A stretch of 64,000 nt of DNA from an uncultured Acidimicrobiales bacterium. GTDB lineage: Bacteria; Actinomycetota; Acidimicrobiia; Acidimicrobiales; SHLQ01. The notes under the pieces were generated by a model. That model worked only from the letters and a program-made list of their open reading frames with translations, was not told where the DNA came from and made no database searches. Below, piece by piece: positions 16,668 to 25,330 of the stretch. The position numbers were made by a program, and so were the translations under genes. Every line of letters starts with the position of its first letter. Positions within the stretch are counted from its first letter, which is position 1. Where the stretch lies: contig CAKZVC010000009.1 of the NCBI GenBank assembly GCA_937922235.1, positions 35,096 to 99,095 on the forward strand. Reading direction: 5' to 3'.

Positions 16668-18418
16668 GCGCAACAGATGTCCATAACCAAATCATGTGGA
16701 ATCGACTGATCTCGATTCTCGAAGAGCAGGCACTCACGCTTGTGCGTACCGCGTTCAGTACGTCGGTTCGTGAAGCGGGCGACTTGTCCGCTGGCGTGTT
16801 CGACCGCGAAGGACGGATGGTCGCCCAGGCGGTCACCGGGACTCCCGGTCACGTCAACACCATGGCCGCGGCAGTTCCGCACTTCATCAACGACATCGGC
16901 CCCGAGCGCATCTACCCCGGCGACGTGTACCTCACCAACGATCCGTGGAAGGGCACGGGCCATCTTCACGACATCACGGTCGTTACACCTGTATTTCGCT
17001 CCGCACTTCCGGCGGAGATCCGCGGAGACCTACATGGTCACTCCGCTTCGCTACGTTCCCCACAGGAACGTTCTGAAAGCGCTCAAGGGGAGCGGAGCTC
17101 GCGTAGCGACCAAGATGGCGGTGTGGGGTCGTCGACCGGAAGTGTCGACAACTTGATTGGTTTCTTTGCGTGCACGGCGCACGTGGTGGACGTTGGCGGT
17201 CGTGGCTACGGCCCCGACGGTATGGAGATCTACGAAGAGGGCATCCGCATTCCGATCATGAAGTGGGCCGAGCGCTGGGAGCTCAACCACGATCTCGTCA
17301 ACATCTTGCGTAACAACGTGCGTGAGCAAGACCAGGTGCTTGGCGACATTCACGGCCTCGCAGCCTGTAATGAAACCGGTCGCCGTCGCCTCCTCGAGAT
17401 GCTCGACGAGTTCAACATGGACAACCTCGATGATCTCGCCGAGTTCATCTTCGATCGTACTCGCAAAGCCACGATGGCCGCGCTCGCTCCAGTCGAGAAG
17501 GGCGTCTACCGCAACGAGATGACCGTCGACGGATACGAAGAGGCCGTCGACCTTGTCGTCGAGCTCACCGTCACCGACGAAGGTATGCATGCCGACTTCA
17601 CCGGCACGTCACCGCTCAGCCAGTTCGGCATCAACGTGCCGATCGTCTACGCCCAGGCGTACTTCACCTACGGCATGTTGGTGGCGCTCGCCCCCGAGCT
17701 GCCAAACAACTACGCGTCGCTGTTCCCGTTCACCGTGAGCGCCCCCGACGGTGTGATCCTCAACGCACAAGACCCCGACCCCGTGTCGGTCCGTCACGTG
17801 CTTGGCCACTTCGTCACCGACTTGTGCCTCGGCGCAATCGCCCAGGCGCTACCCGACGTCGTTCCGGCCGAGGGTGCTGGTGCGTTGTGGAACTTCCAAG
17901 CCAGCGCTCGCTCAGCCGATCCGTCAGCGTTGCTACCACCGGTCGAGATGCTCATGTTCAACAGCGGCGGCACCGGAGCTCGTCCGAGCCTCGACGGTCT
18001 CACTGCAACCGCGTTCCCATCGGGCGTTATGACGATGAGCGCCGAAGCCACCGAGCAGGTTGGTCCGATCATCATCTGGCGCAAGGAGATCCGCGAGAAC
18101 AGCGGCGGTGCTGGTAAGTACCGCGGCGGTCTGGGTCAGATCATCGAAGTGGGCCCAACCGACGGCTACCAGTTCGAGTTCTCGGCCATGTTCGACCGGG
18201 TCGACAACCCCGCACGTGGCCGTGCTGGTGGCGGCGATGGCGCCGCAGGCAAGGTCTACCTCGACGACGGCACGCCGTTCTCGGCCAAGGGCAAGCAACT
18301 CGTTCCCGCCGATCGCAAGCTCATCCTCGAGCTGCCGGGCGGCGGTGGGTTCGGCGACCCGAGCGAGCGCGACGCCGCCGCAGCCGAAAACGATAAGAAA
18401 CAGGGGTACGTTTCGTGA
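16664..18418 (+). CDS. hyuB: Hydantoinase B/oxoprolinase-family subunit, carrying a 49-codon in-frame insertion
   Basis: 584 aa. LTNDPWKGTGHLHDITVVTPVF ... LIGFFACTAHVVDVGG are typical HyuB blocks, separated here by an atypical Ser/Arg/Gly-rich segment. Confidence 0.9.
   Translation: MSATDVHNQIMWNRLISILEEQALTLVRTAFSTSVREAGDLSAGVFDREGRMVAQAVTGTPGHVNTMAAAVPHFINDIGPERIYPGDVYLTNDPWKGTGHLHDITVVTPVFRSALPAEIRGDLHGHSASLRSPQERSESAQGERSSRSDQDGGVGSSTGSVDNLIGFFACTAHVVDVGGRGYGPDGMEIYEEGIRIPIMKWAERWELNHDLVNILRNNVREQDQVLGDIHGLAACNETGRRRLLEMLDEFNMDNLDDLAEFIFDRTRKATMAALAPVEKGVYRNEMTVDGYEEAVDLVVELTVTDEGMHADFTGTSPLSQFGINVPIVYAQAYFTYGMLVALAPELPNNYASLFPFTVSAPDGVILNAQDPDPVSVRHVLGHFVTDLCLGAIAQALPDVVPAEGAGALWNFQASARSADPSALLPPVEMLMFNSGGTGARPSLDGLTATAFPSGVMTMSAEATEQVGPIIIWRKEIRENSGGAGKYRGGLGQIIEVGPTDGYQFEFSAMFDRVDNPARGRAGGGDGAAGKVYLDDGTPFSAKGKQLVPADRKLILELPGGGGFGDPSERDAAAAENDKKQGYVS
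17000..17146 (+). repeat. 147-bp inverted-repeat element inserted in frame in hyuB (copy A)
   Basis: 9-bp terminal inverted repeat: CACTTCCGG 17004-17012 and CCGGAAGTG 17136-17144. The 27-nt core at 17086-17112 is identical to 33690-33716. Length is a multiple of 3 with no stop. Confidence 0.7.
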
Positions 18419-19599
18419 GTGACACCTATGACGTGATCTGCATCGGTGGTGCTGCCATCGGAAGTGCCGTTGCGTACTACCTCACCGAGAACCCAGACTT
18501 CGACGGGACCGTTGCGGTCATCGAACCCGACCCGAGCTATGACCTCGCTCAGACCTCACGGGCGCAGAACTCGATCCGTGAGCAGTTCAGCCAGCCGGTC
18601 AACATCGCTATCAGCCAGTACGGCCTCGACTTCATCGAGAACTTCCACGAGAACACTCAGGTCGAGGGTGAGTCACCCGAGCTGAACTATCGCGGCACCG
18701 GCTATCTGTTCCTCGCTCGAGACGACAACGACCTCGAGAACTTTGAAGCGCAGATGAGGGTCCAGCATGAGTGCGGCGCCATGACGCGCATGCTCACTCC
18801 TGAAGAGACCCTCGCCGAGTTCCCCTACATGGATGTCAGCGAGATCGCCGGAGCTCGCATGGGCACCATGAAGGAAGGCTCGTTCGACGGTTGGGCGTTC
18901 TTCCAGGGCTATCGCCAGCGCGCCATTCACAACGGCTCCGACTACATCAAGGATCGGGTTGTCGATATCGAGACCGACGGCACGACGGCCACGGCGGTTG
19001 TTCTTGAGTCGGGACGTCGCATCGCCGCCGGCCACATCGTGAATGCCGCGGGTCCACGGGCCAAGCTGATTGCCGACATGGTTGGGCTTGATCTTCCCGT
19101 CGAGCCCAGAGCTCGCACCAGCTTCGTCTTCGACTGTCGGACCCAGATCGAGCACAACGTGCCGCTGACGATTACTCCCGAGGGGGTGCATTTCCGCCGC
19201 GAGCAGCATCACTTCATGACCGGTGGCGTGCCCGACCCCGACATCGCGATCGACTACACCGACTGGGAGATACGCCACGACGAGTTCGAAGAGCAGATCT
19301 GGCCAACGGTTGCCAAATACGTTCCGGTCTTCGATCAGATCGCCAAGGTCACGGCATGGGGTGGGCAGTACGCCTACAACACGCTCGACCACAATCTGAT
19401 TATCGGTAACTCACCCGAGGTCACGAACTTCTGGTTCGCGAACGGCTTCAGCGGACACGGCCTGCAGCAGGGTCCCGCCGTTGGTCGCGCCGTGAACGAG
19501 CTCATCACCTATGGCGAGTTCCGCACCATCGACATGTCGATGCTCTCCTACGAGCGCATTGCTAAGAACGAACCGTTCTACGAAAACGTCGTTATCTAA
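18415..19599 (+). CDS. FAD-dependent oxidoreductase (DAO / sarcosine oxidase-like family)
   Basis: 394 aa. YDVICIGGAAIGSAVAYYL dinucleotide-binding motif. GTGA-coupled to hyuB. Confidence 0.85.
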   Translation: MSDTYDVICIGGAAIGSAVAYYLTENPDFDGTVAVIEPDPSYDLAQTSRAQNSIREQFSQPVNIAISQYGLDFIENFHENTQVEGESPELNYRGTGYLFLARDDNDLENFEAQMRVQHECGAMTRMLTPEETLAEFPYMDVSEIAGARMGTMKEGSFDGWAFFQGYRQRAIHNGSDYIKDRVVDIETDGTTATAVVLESGRRIAAGHIVNAAGPRAKLIADMVGLDLPVEPRARTSFVFDCRTQIEHNVPLTITPEGVHFRREQHHFMTGGVPDPDIAIDYTDWEIRHDEFEEQIWPTVAKYVPVFDQIAKVTAWGGQYAYNTLDHNLIIGNSPEVTNFWFANGFSGHGLQQGPAVGRAVNELITYGEFRTIDMSMLSYERIAKNEPFYENVVI

Positions 19600-20432
19600 C
19601 CGAGAGCGATCAGCACGCTTGCCGTGATAGCTCCCACGAGCCCGGCGAGCTGGGTTCTCGACATCTTCTCGTCGAGGACGAGTCGCGCCAGCACCACGGT
19701 GATTGCCGGGTAGAGGCTGCTGAGCACCGCAACGACCGAAAGGTCGCCCATCTTCGTCGCAAAGAGGAACAGCATGTTCGACCCCGTGTCGAATAGGCCC
19801 GTAAGGACGATCGTTCCGAGGGCTGGGCGCGCCGTTGCCAATCCGTTGCGTGCTTGCGTGAGGATGTAGCTGAGCAATAGGCCGCTCGTCAGCACGCGGG
19901 CGCCGACGACCGGCCATGGCGCGGTTGCTTCTGCCGTGGCATCGAAGACGATAAACATGCTGCCAAAGCACGCTCCGGCAAGGAGCGATTCTCCGATGAC
20001 CCGCGCCGTGACCGGGGCATCATCCCTCTCGTTCGGCATCGATGACAGGCCGATCGCAACAACTGCCACAGCCACGCCAATCCAGGCGATAGCGGTGAGC
20101 GTCTCGCCGCCAGCGACGCCCCAGATCGCAGGGACTGCTGCCGACGTAATGGCAGTGAGCGGTGCCACTACCGCCATCGGGCCGACAGCAAGGCCGCGGT
20201 AGAGAAGCGACACGCCGACACCGCCGAGGGCTCCACCGGCCATGCCCAAGCCGAAGTCGGTCCAGGTGAACGCATCGGCAAGAAACGGGGTGAGGATCGC
20301 CACGCCGATGAGGCCGACCAGGTGCGAGAACGCTACGACGTTGATCACCGAGGTCTTCTTGGCCGAGATGCCGCCGAAGAAGTCGCCTGAACCAAAGAAG
20401 AGGGCGGTCAGAAGCCCGAACAGCACAGCCAC
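19596..20432 (-). CDS. EamA/DMT-family transporter
   Basis: 278 aa, about 10 TM helices, two EamA-like halves. Convergent 4-nt overlap with the FAD oxidoreductase gene. Confidence 0.8.
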   Translation of the reverse strand: MAVLFGLLTALFFGSGDFFGGISAKKTSVINVVAFSHLVGLIGVAILTPFLADAFTWTDFGLGMAGGALGGVGVSLLYRGLAVGPMAVVAPLTAITSAAVPAIWGVAGGETLTAIAWIGVAVAVVAIGLSSMPNERDDAPVTARVIGESLLAGACFGSMFIVFDATAEATAPWPVVGARVLTSGLLLSYILTQARNGLATARPALGTIVLTGLFDTGSNMLFLFATKMGDLSVVAVLSSLYPAITVVLARLVLDEKMSRTQLAGLVGAITASVLIALG

Positions 20433-20465
20433 CGCTGCACCATACCCGGTTGCTATGTGCCGTCG

Positions 20466-21767
20466 TTAGGTGCGTTGCTTCAGATGCAGTGTGAGCCCGC
20501 CATCAGCGCGTAGCGATGGGGCAACGATCGGTTTCGGTGGCGTGTTCTGGGTGTAACTCATCTGCCACGTTGCACAGATGAGGCCGAGCGCAATGTGCAT
20601 TTCGGTGCGAGCAAAGCGGGCGCCCAGGCAGCGCCGTGGCCCAAGGCCGAACGGCAGAAAACCAGCGCCGGCGTCAGCATGGTTGCGGGTCGGGTTGAAG
20701 TCGTTGGGGCTTTGCCAGACTAACGACGAGCGTTGCATGGCATACACCGGGATCATGACCATCGTGCCACGGCGAACCTTTGTGCCTTCGAGCTCGGTAG
20801 CACGACGCGCTGTTCTCACGATCGAGATGCCAGCGGGATACAAACGCAGTGCCTCCTCGATCACTCCGCTCGTCCGTTGCATTGACTGGACGGTTTCGAC
20901 GAGTTCACCCGATCCGGCTTGGAGCAGGCGGCTTCCCTCGGCAGCAACTTCGGCTTGAAGAGTCGGATATTGGGAGAGCTCGAACAACGCCCATGTCAAC
21001 GTGGCGGCGGTCGTCTCGTGGCCAGCGAACATGAAGCCGATGCATTCATCGACGATCGCTTCGTCCGTGAGGTTGGTGGAGTCGTCCTGCTGTGCTCGAA
21101 CGAGTTGGCTGAGGATGTCGAGCGAGCCGTCATCGTTCGCCTGGCGGTATTCGATGAGCTTCGCTATCGACGCTTGCATTCTCCCGAGCGCCGCACGATG
21201 CCTACGATTTCGGCCGGTCGGCACGGTTGCGGGGAGGGACGCAGGGTTGTTCAGCCGGTACGCGACCCAGTCGAGGATCTCTTCGAACTCGCGCCGCACA
21301 TCTGCTGCCACATCGGCGGTCTCGTTGGTCGCGCCTAGGAGGCCTCGCAGCGCAATCCGGATGGTCAGGTCGGTGACAGCATCTTGGATGTCGAGGTCGC
21401 CTGCCTGCCAGTGTTGCGCCGCCTGTGCGGTGGTTGCTGCCATCGTGTCGGCGAGTGCTTCGACGTTGTGCAGTGCGAAAACCGGCGACACGGTCTTTCG
21501 TCGCGTCAGCCAGTCGGCATCTTCCGCGGTGAACAGGTTCTGGCCGAGGCCTTCTTGAATGATCCGGCGAACCACTCCGGGCTTCTTGTACGAATCAGCA
21601 TCGGTAACCAGCACCTGCTGGGCTGCCGATGCGTGCTGGGCGATGACGAACGGTACCCCTCTCACGTTCGCCACCGGCGTCGTCATCGGGAGCAAGTCCA
21701 TTGCCGCCAACATGTCTGTGCGTGCCGTCTTTGCCAGAGACAGCAGCCCAACCTGATCAATCGCCAT
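20466..21767 (-). CDS. Cytochrome P450
   Basis: 433 aa. Heme loop FLPFGLGPRRCLGARFA, I-helix FMFAGHETT, and ExxR (EEALRLYP). Confidence 0.95.
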   Translation of the reverse strand: MAIDQVGLLSLAKTARTDMLAAMDLLPMTTPVANVRGVPFVIAQHASAAQQVLVTDADSYKKPGVVRRIIQEGLGQNLFTAEDADWLTRRKTVSPVFALHNVEALADTMAATTAQAAQHWQAGDLDIQDAVTDLTIRIALRGLLGATNETADVAADVRREFEEILDWVAYRLNNPASLPATVPTGRNRRHRAALGRMQASIAKLIEYRQANDDGSLDILSQLVRAQQDDSTNLTDEAIVDECIGFMFAGHETTAATLTWALFELSQYPTLQAEVAAEGSRLLQAGSGELVETVQSMQRTSGVIEEALRLYPAGISIVRTARRATELEGTKVRRGTMVMIPVYAMQRSSLVWQSPNDFNPTRNHADAGAGFLPFGLGPRRCLGARFARTEMHIALGLICATWQMSYTQNTPPKPIVAPSLRADGGLTLHLKQRT

Positions 21768-21842
21768 GCGCGAACGCTACCCGCTCCTACAAAATCGGAG
21801 AGGGCCCCTGTTCATTTGAACAGGGGCCGCACTCCCACCGAA

Positions 21843-24002
21843 TTAGCCGCAGGCGATGTCGTTGCGAGAGCCGGCCTGCCAATACCGCACGATGTAAGAG
21901 GCCCCGATGTTCGGCTCGGTATACGTCGTTCCGGTTACGCCCGCACGCCAGCTGCCGTTTCGGCGAATCTGATATTCGCTGGCGCCGACATCGGTCCAGT
22001 TGAGTGTGACCTGGCCGTTGGCGATAGTTGCCGTGCATGTCGGCCCGCCGTTGCCGCCATCGTCGATCGTGACCGATCCGCAGTCGGCGTCGAAGCGAGT
22101 TGTTCCCACGAATCCTCGCAGCGCGTAGGAGAAGGTTCCGACCCCGGGTGAGTCGACGAATGAGGTGCCGCCGTTGCGAACCATGGCTCGATAGCTGCCG
22201 TCGCGTCGGACCGCTACTCGGGTGAAGCCTTGGTCGTTCCAGCTGATCTGTACATCGTCCCCAACGACTTGCGCAGTGCACGTGAAGGAGACGTTCGGGA
22301 TGCTCACTGAGCCACACGGCGCGACCTGGTTCGTACCGCCTCGCACGTAGCGAAGCTCATACGACACTGACGTTCCGGCTGCCGAGGAGGTGTCGGTGAG
22401 CGACGTGCCGGTCGTCGAGCCCACGACCGTTCCATTGCCGACGACGTCCCACGAGCTCACGCCACCAGGGTTCACCCAACTGATAACCGGACGTCCGCCC
22501 GCGTTGAGCGCAACCTGGCAGTTCGGGTTGCCGGCATTCGGGTTGTCATCAAAGAACGCTGACCGTCCGGTGAAGATGCCGTTGACTCGTCCGTTGTCTT
22601 GACCGAGGAGTAGGCCTCGTTCGGTGACGGTGAGGGCCAGCACTCCCTTGAACGCGTCGGACCCTGGTTCCCACGACGGAATGCCCTTGCCGGTCGAGAT
22701 GCTGAGCGCACCGATTTGGTTGGCCGGGTAGACGTAGCCCGGGTTCAACAAGTCGTTGACGAACTCGATTGCGGCCGGGCGATCATCTTCGGGGTCTGCG
22801 ATGTACCACTGTCCTCGCGGAGGACGTTCACCGTTGGGCCCGTTGTCGCCGGGGTAGGCGCTCGGGGCGCTCGGGTGGACGAGGTAACGGAAGTGGCCCC
22901 CGACGTAGATGGCATCGTCGGCAATACCGACGGCGAAGACCGAGTCGAATGCACGCGAGACCCACGTTGGCCGCGATGGTGAGTCGCTGAGCGGGAATCG
23001 GGTGATCGTGTCGCACTGGAACCCAAGGTCTGCACCCTGGCTGACGAGCACGATGAACTGTCCATCGGGGCTGACTTCCATATCGCGGATCTGCGTACCG
23101 CGGTCGTTGCACTGACCGGCGTGGAAGAACTCCTGGATTGGGTCGTTCGGGTCGGGGTAGAGCGCTTCGAAACCGGTGACGCTGTGCGACTGGCCATCAG
23201 TGTTCATCGAGATGATCGCTAGGCCTCCAGCGTCGGTGGTTGTGCCGCGGGCAACGTCGAAGATCTCGGCGCCGCGATGGGCCACCACAAGGCGGCGTCC
23301 ATCAGGACGCATCTCGATGTTCGACACACCGAACGTGCCGTCTCGGCCAATGTCGTTCCGGCTCTCGTAGCGGAAGCTCTGGTCGTAGGCGCCTGTCGCG
23401 GCGTCGACCCGGATCATTCCGCGAACCGGCCGGTTGATCTGCGATCCGCTCTGCTTGTCGTACACCGTGACGAAGTTGCCGCCGAAGTAGATGTCGTCGC
23501 CAAACCGTTCGATCGTCTGAACCTTGGCGTTAACACCACTTTGCGCGAAGTTGCGATCGACCCGACCGTTGATGGTGTCGATCAGCGCCATACGAGTACG
23601 GAATCGCACTCGGCCATCTGTTTGATCGTCGATCGTGGTGAACCGGCCGCCGAGGTAGACGCTTCGGCCGTCAGCCGCAGCTTCGAGATCGAGGACTTCG
23701 GGGTCACCGCCGTTGTTGCGAATGATGGGCCGGAAGTCGGCATTGAACTCGCCCGTATTCGCGTCGTACGAGAAAAGGCCGGGCTGGGTAACCGTTGCTC
23801 CACCGCGGGTGATCTGCACTTGGGTGAAGTTGCCGGCCACAACGACTTGCTGGCCGATCTGTTCGACGTCCCAGACTTCGCCGTCGAGCACGATGGGTGT
23901 GTCGCGTCGAGGCTGCTCGGGGACGATTGCTTGGGCGATTGCTGCCGGGACTAGTACTCCGAACGCAATCACGAAAAAGGCGATGAGAGGTCGCTTGAAC
24001 AT
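21843..24002 (-). CDS. Secreted repeat (beta-propeller-like) protein with three C-terminal Cys-bracketed Ig/FN3-like modules
   Basis: 719 aa. Signal peptide MFKRPLIAFFVIAFGVLVPAAIAQA. Repeated ..YLGGRFTTI../..YFGGNF..-type blades. The last 226 aa form 3 modules of about 70 aa, each C...SW/NW...Y.(L/I)R...CG. Confidence 0.75.
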   Translation of the reverse strand: MFKRPLIAFFVIAFGVLVPAAIAQAIVPEQPRRDTPIVLDGEVWDVEQIGQQVVVAGNFTQVQITRGGATVTQPGLFSYDANTGEFNADFRPIIRNNGGDPEVLDLEAAADGRSVYLGGRFTTIDDQTDGRVRFRTRMALIDTINGRVDRNFAQSGVNAKVQTIERFGDDIYFGGNFVTVYDKQSGSQINRPVRGMIRVDAATGAYDQSFRYESRNDIGRDGTFGVSNIEMRPDGRRLVVAHRGAEIFDVARGTTTDAGGLAIISMNTDGQSHSVTGFEALYPDPNDPIQEFFHAGQCNDRGTQIRDMEVSPDGQFIVLVSQGADLGFQCDTITRFPLSDSPSRPTWVSRAFDSVFAVGIADDAIYVGGHFRYLVHPSAPSAYPGDNGPNGERPPRGQWYIADPEDDRPAAIEFVNDLLNPGYVYPANQIGALSISTGKGIPSWEPGSDAFKGVLALTVTERGLLLGQDNGRVNGIFTGRSAFFDDNPNAGNPNCQVALNAGGRPVISWVNPGGVSSWDVVGNGTVVGSTTGTSLTDTSSAAGTSVSYELRYVRGGTNQVAPCGSVSIPNVSFTCTAQVVGDDVQISWNDQGFTRVAVRRDGSYRAMVRNGGTSFVDSPGVGTFSYALRGFVGTTRFDADCGSVTIDDGGNGGPTCTATIANGQVTLNWTDVGASEYQIRRNGSWRAGVTGTTYTEPNIGASYIVRYWQAGSRNDIACG

Positions 24003-24186
24003 GAGGTTTCCTCAGGGGGAAGGCGACGAAAAGTCGCGTGGAGATAACGCCTTACAGGGTCAAGAATCGGAGGTGCGCAGTGCCGCCGCGCCCGAACTTG
24101 GGAATTGCACGAGACATTAGTGCGAAATGTTTCGGTGAGTAGGGAAGTTGTTCGAGTGTTCGACACGCAACTTCTAGACTGGGCTC

Positions 24187-24777
24187 GTGACAAACGAACC
24201 ACTGATCGAAGGCTTGCGACGCTTCCACGATGAGGTCATGCCGACGAAGGCTGAACTCTTCGGTGCGCTCGCGAATGGGCAATCGCCTCCCACGTTGTTC
24301 ATCACGTGTGCTGATTCCCGGATCGACCCATCGCTCCTGACCCAGACCGATCCGGGGGATATGTTCGTTGTCCGCAATGCCGGCAACATTGTTCCTGCCC
24401 TCGACGATGACCAGACATCGAACGACGGCACGGCAGCGTCGATCGAGTACGCAGTCGCGGCGCTCGGCGTTGCGCACATCGTCGTGTGCGGTCATTCATG
24501 CTGCGGCGCAATGACTGCCGTGGCTCAGCCCGAACTTGTCGATTCGTTGCCTTCGGTGGCCCGGTGGCTCGATCGCAGCGGCGTCGTTGCAAATGGTGAG
24601 TCGTTGCCGGAGCTCCTCGAGCAGAACGTTCTGGTCCAGCTCGACCGTCTTCGTACATACCCTTCAGTCAAGGCAGCCCTCGACGCGGGTTCGATCGAGC
24701 TTCATGGGTGGGTCTACGACATTGGCTCGGGCCAGGTTCGGGCCTATGACGGTTCGACCTTCGCTGTTCTGAGCTAG
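24187..24777 (+). CDS. Beta-class carbonic anhydrase
   Basis: 196 aa. Zn ligand motifs CADSR and GHSCCGA, plus VVRNAGNIV. Confidence 0.9.
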   Translation: MTNEPLIEGLRRFHDEVMPTKAELFGALANGQSPPTLFITCADSRIDPSLLTQTDPGDMFVVRNAGNIVPALDDDQTSNDGTAASIEYAVAALGVAHIVVCGHSCCGAMTAVAQPELVDSLPSVARWLDRSGVVANGESLPELLEQNVLVQLDRLRTYPSVKAALDAGSIELHGWVYDIGSGQVRAYDGSTFAVLS

Positions 24778-25310
24778 GAGTCGGTGCGCCGCCGGTAGGT
24801 GGTCTGGACGAGAAGGTCGTTGATGACCTCGGTGCTGACATGTTCGAACCAGGCGTAGGCGTCGAGCTCGCCGAAGATCGGCACGCCTGAGCCAAGGGCG
24901 ACTGGCAGGATCGTGGCGGTGAGCTCGTCGAGAAGACCGTCGTTGACGAAGCTTGTAACCAGCGCTCCACCGTCGACGTACAGCTTGGTCCAACCCCGGT
25001 CGGCGGCCAGCGAAATGATCTCGGCCGGAGTTCCGGTGACGATCTCGGAGTCCACAGCCTTGTCTGGCACTTCGGTCAGCGAGCTCGACGCAACAAGGAC
25101 CGGCTTTGTGTACGGCCAATCACCATCGAAGTTCACAACGAAGTCGAACGTGTTGCGTCCCATCACGAGCGCATCCACGGAATCCATGAAGGCAAAGAAG
25201 CCGTAGTCGGACTCAGTTGGGTTCGCTGGTTCGTCCAGCCAAGCCAGGTCGTTGTTCGGGCCCGCAATGAACCCGTCGAGGCTCATGCCGAGGAAGGCTG
25301 CGCAGGTCAC
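24774..25310 (-). CDS. Dihydrofolate reductase-like (RibD C-terminal domain) family protein
   Basis: GTG 25310 gives 177 aa: VTCAAFLGMSLDGFIAGPNNDLAWL...DALVMGRNTF...LYVDGGALVTSF...LPVALGSGVPIFG. The 483-aa ORF in the track is an over-extension across the nicO gene. Confidence 0.8.
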   Translation of the reverse strand: MTCAAFLGMSLDGFIAGPNNDLAWLDEPANPTESDYGFFAFMDSVDALVMGRNTFDFVVNFDGDWPYTKPVLVASSSLTEVPDKAVDSEIVTGTPAEIISLAADRGWTKLYVDGGALVTSFVNDGLLDELTATILPVALGSGVPIFGELDAYAWFEHVSTEVINDLLVQTTYRRRTDS

Positions 25311-25330
25311 CCCGCCGGCCGGAGTCGATG

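Noticed and set aside
24774-24777. Convergent carbonic anhydrase and DHFR-like genes sharing the palindromic CTAG as both stop codons. Similar 3'-end overlaps occur at 19596-19599, 30760-30789, 35932-35952 and 58791-58794.
   Set aside because: This is real but a common consequence of compact high-GC genomes. No specific function is implied.
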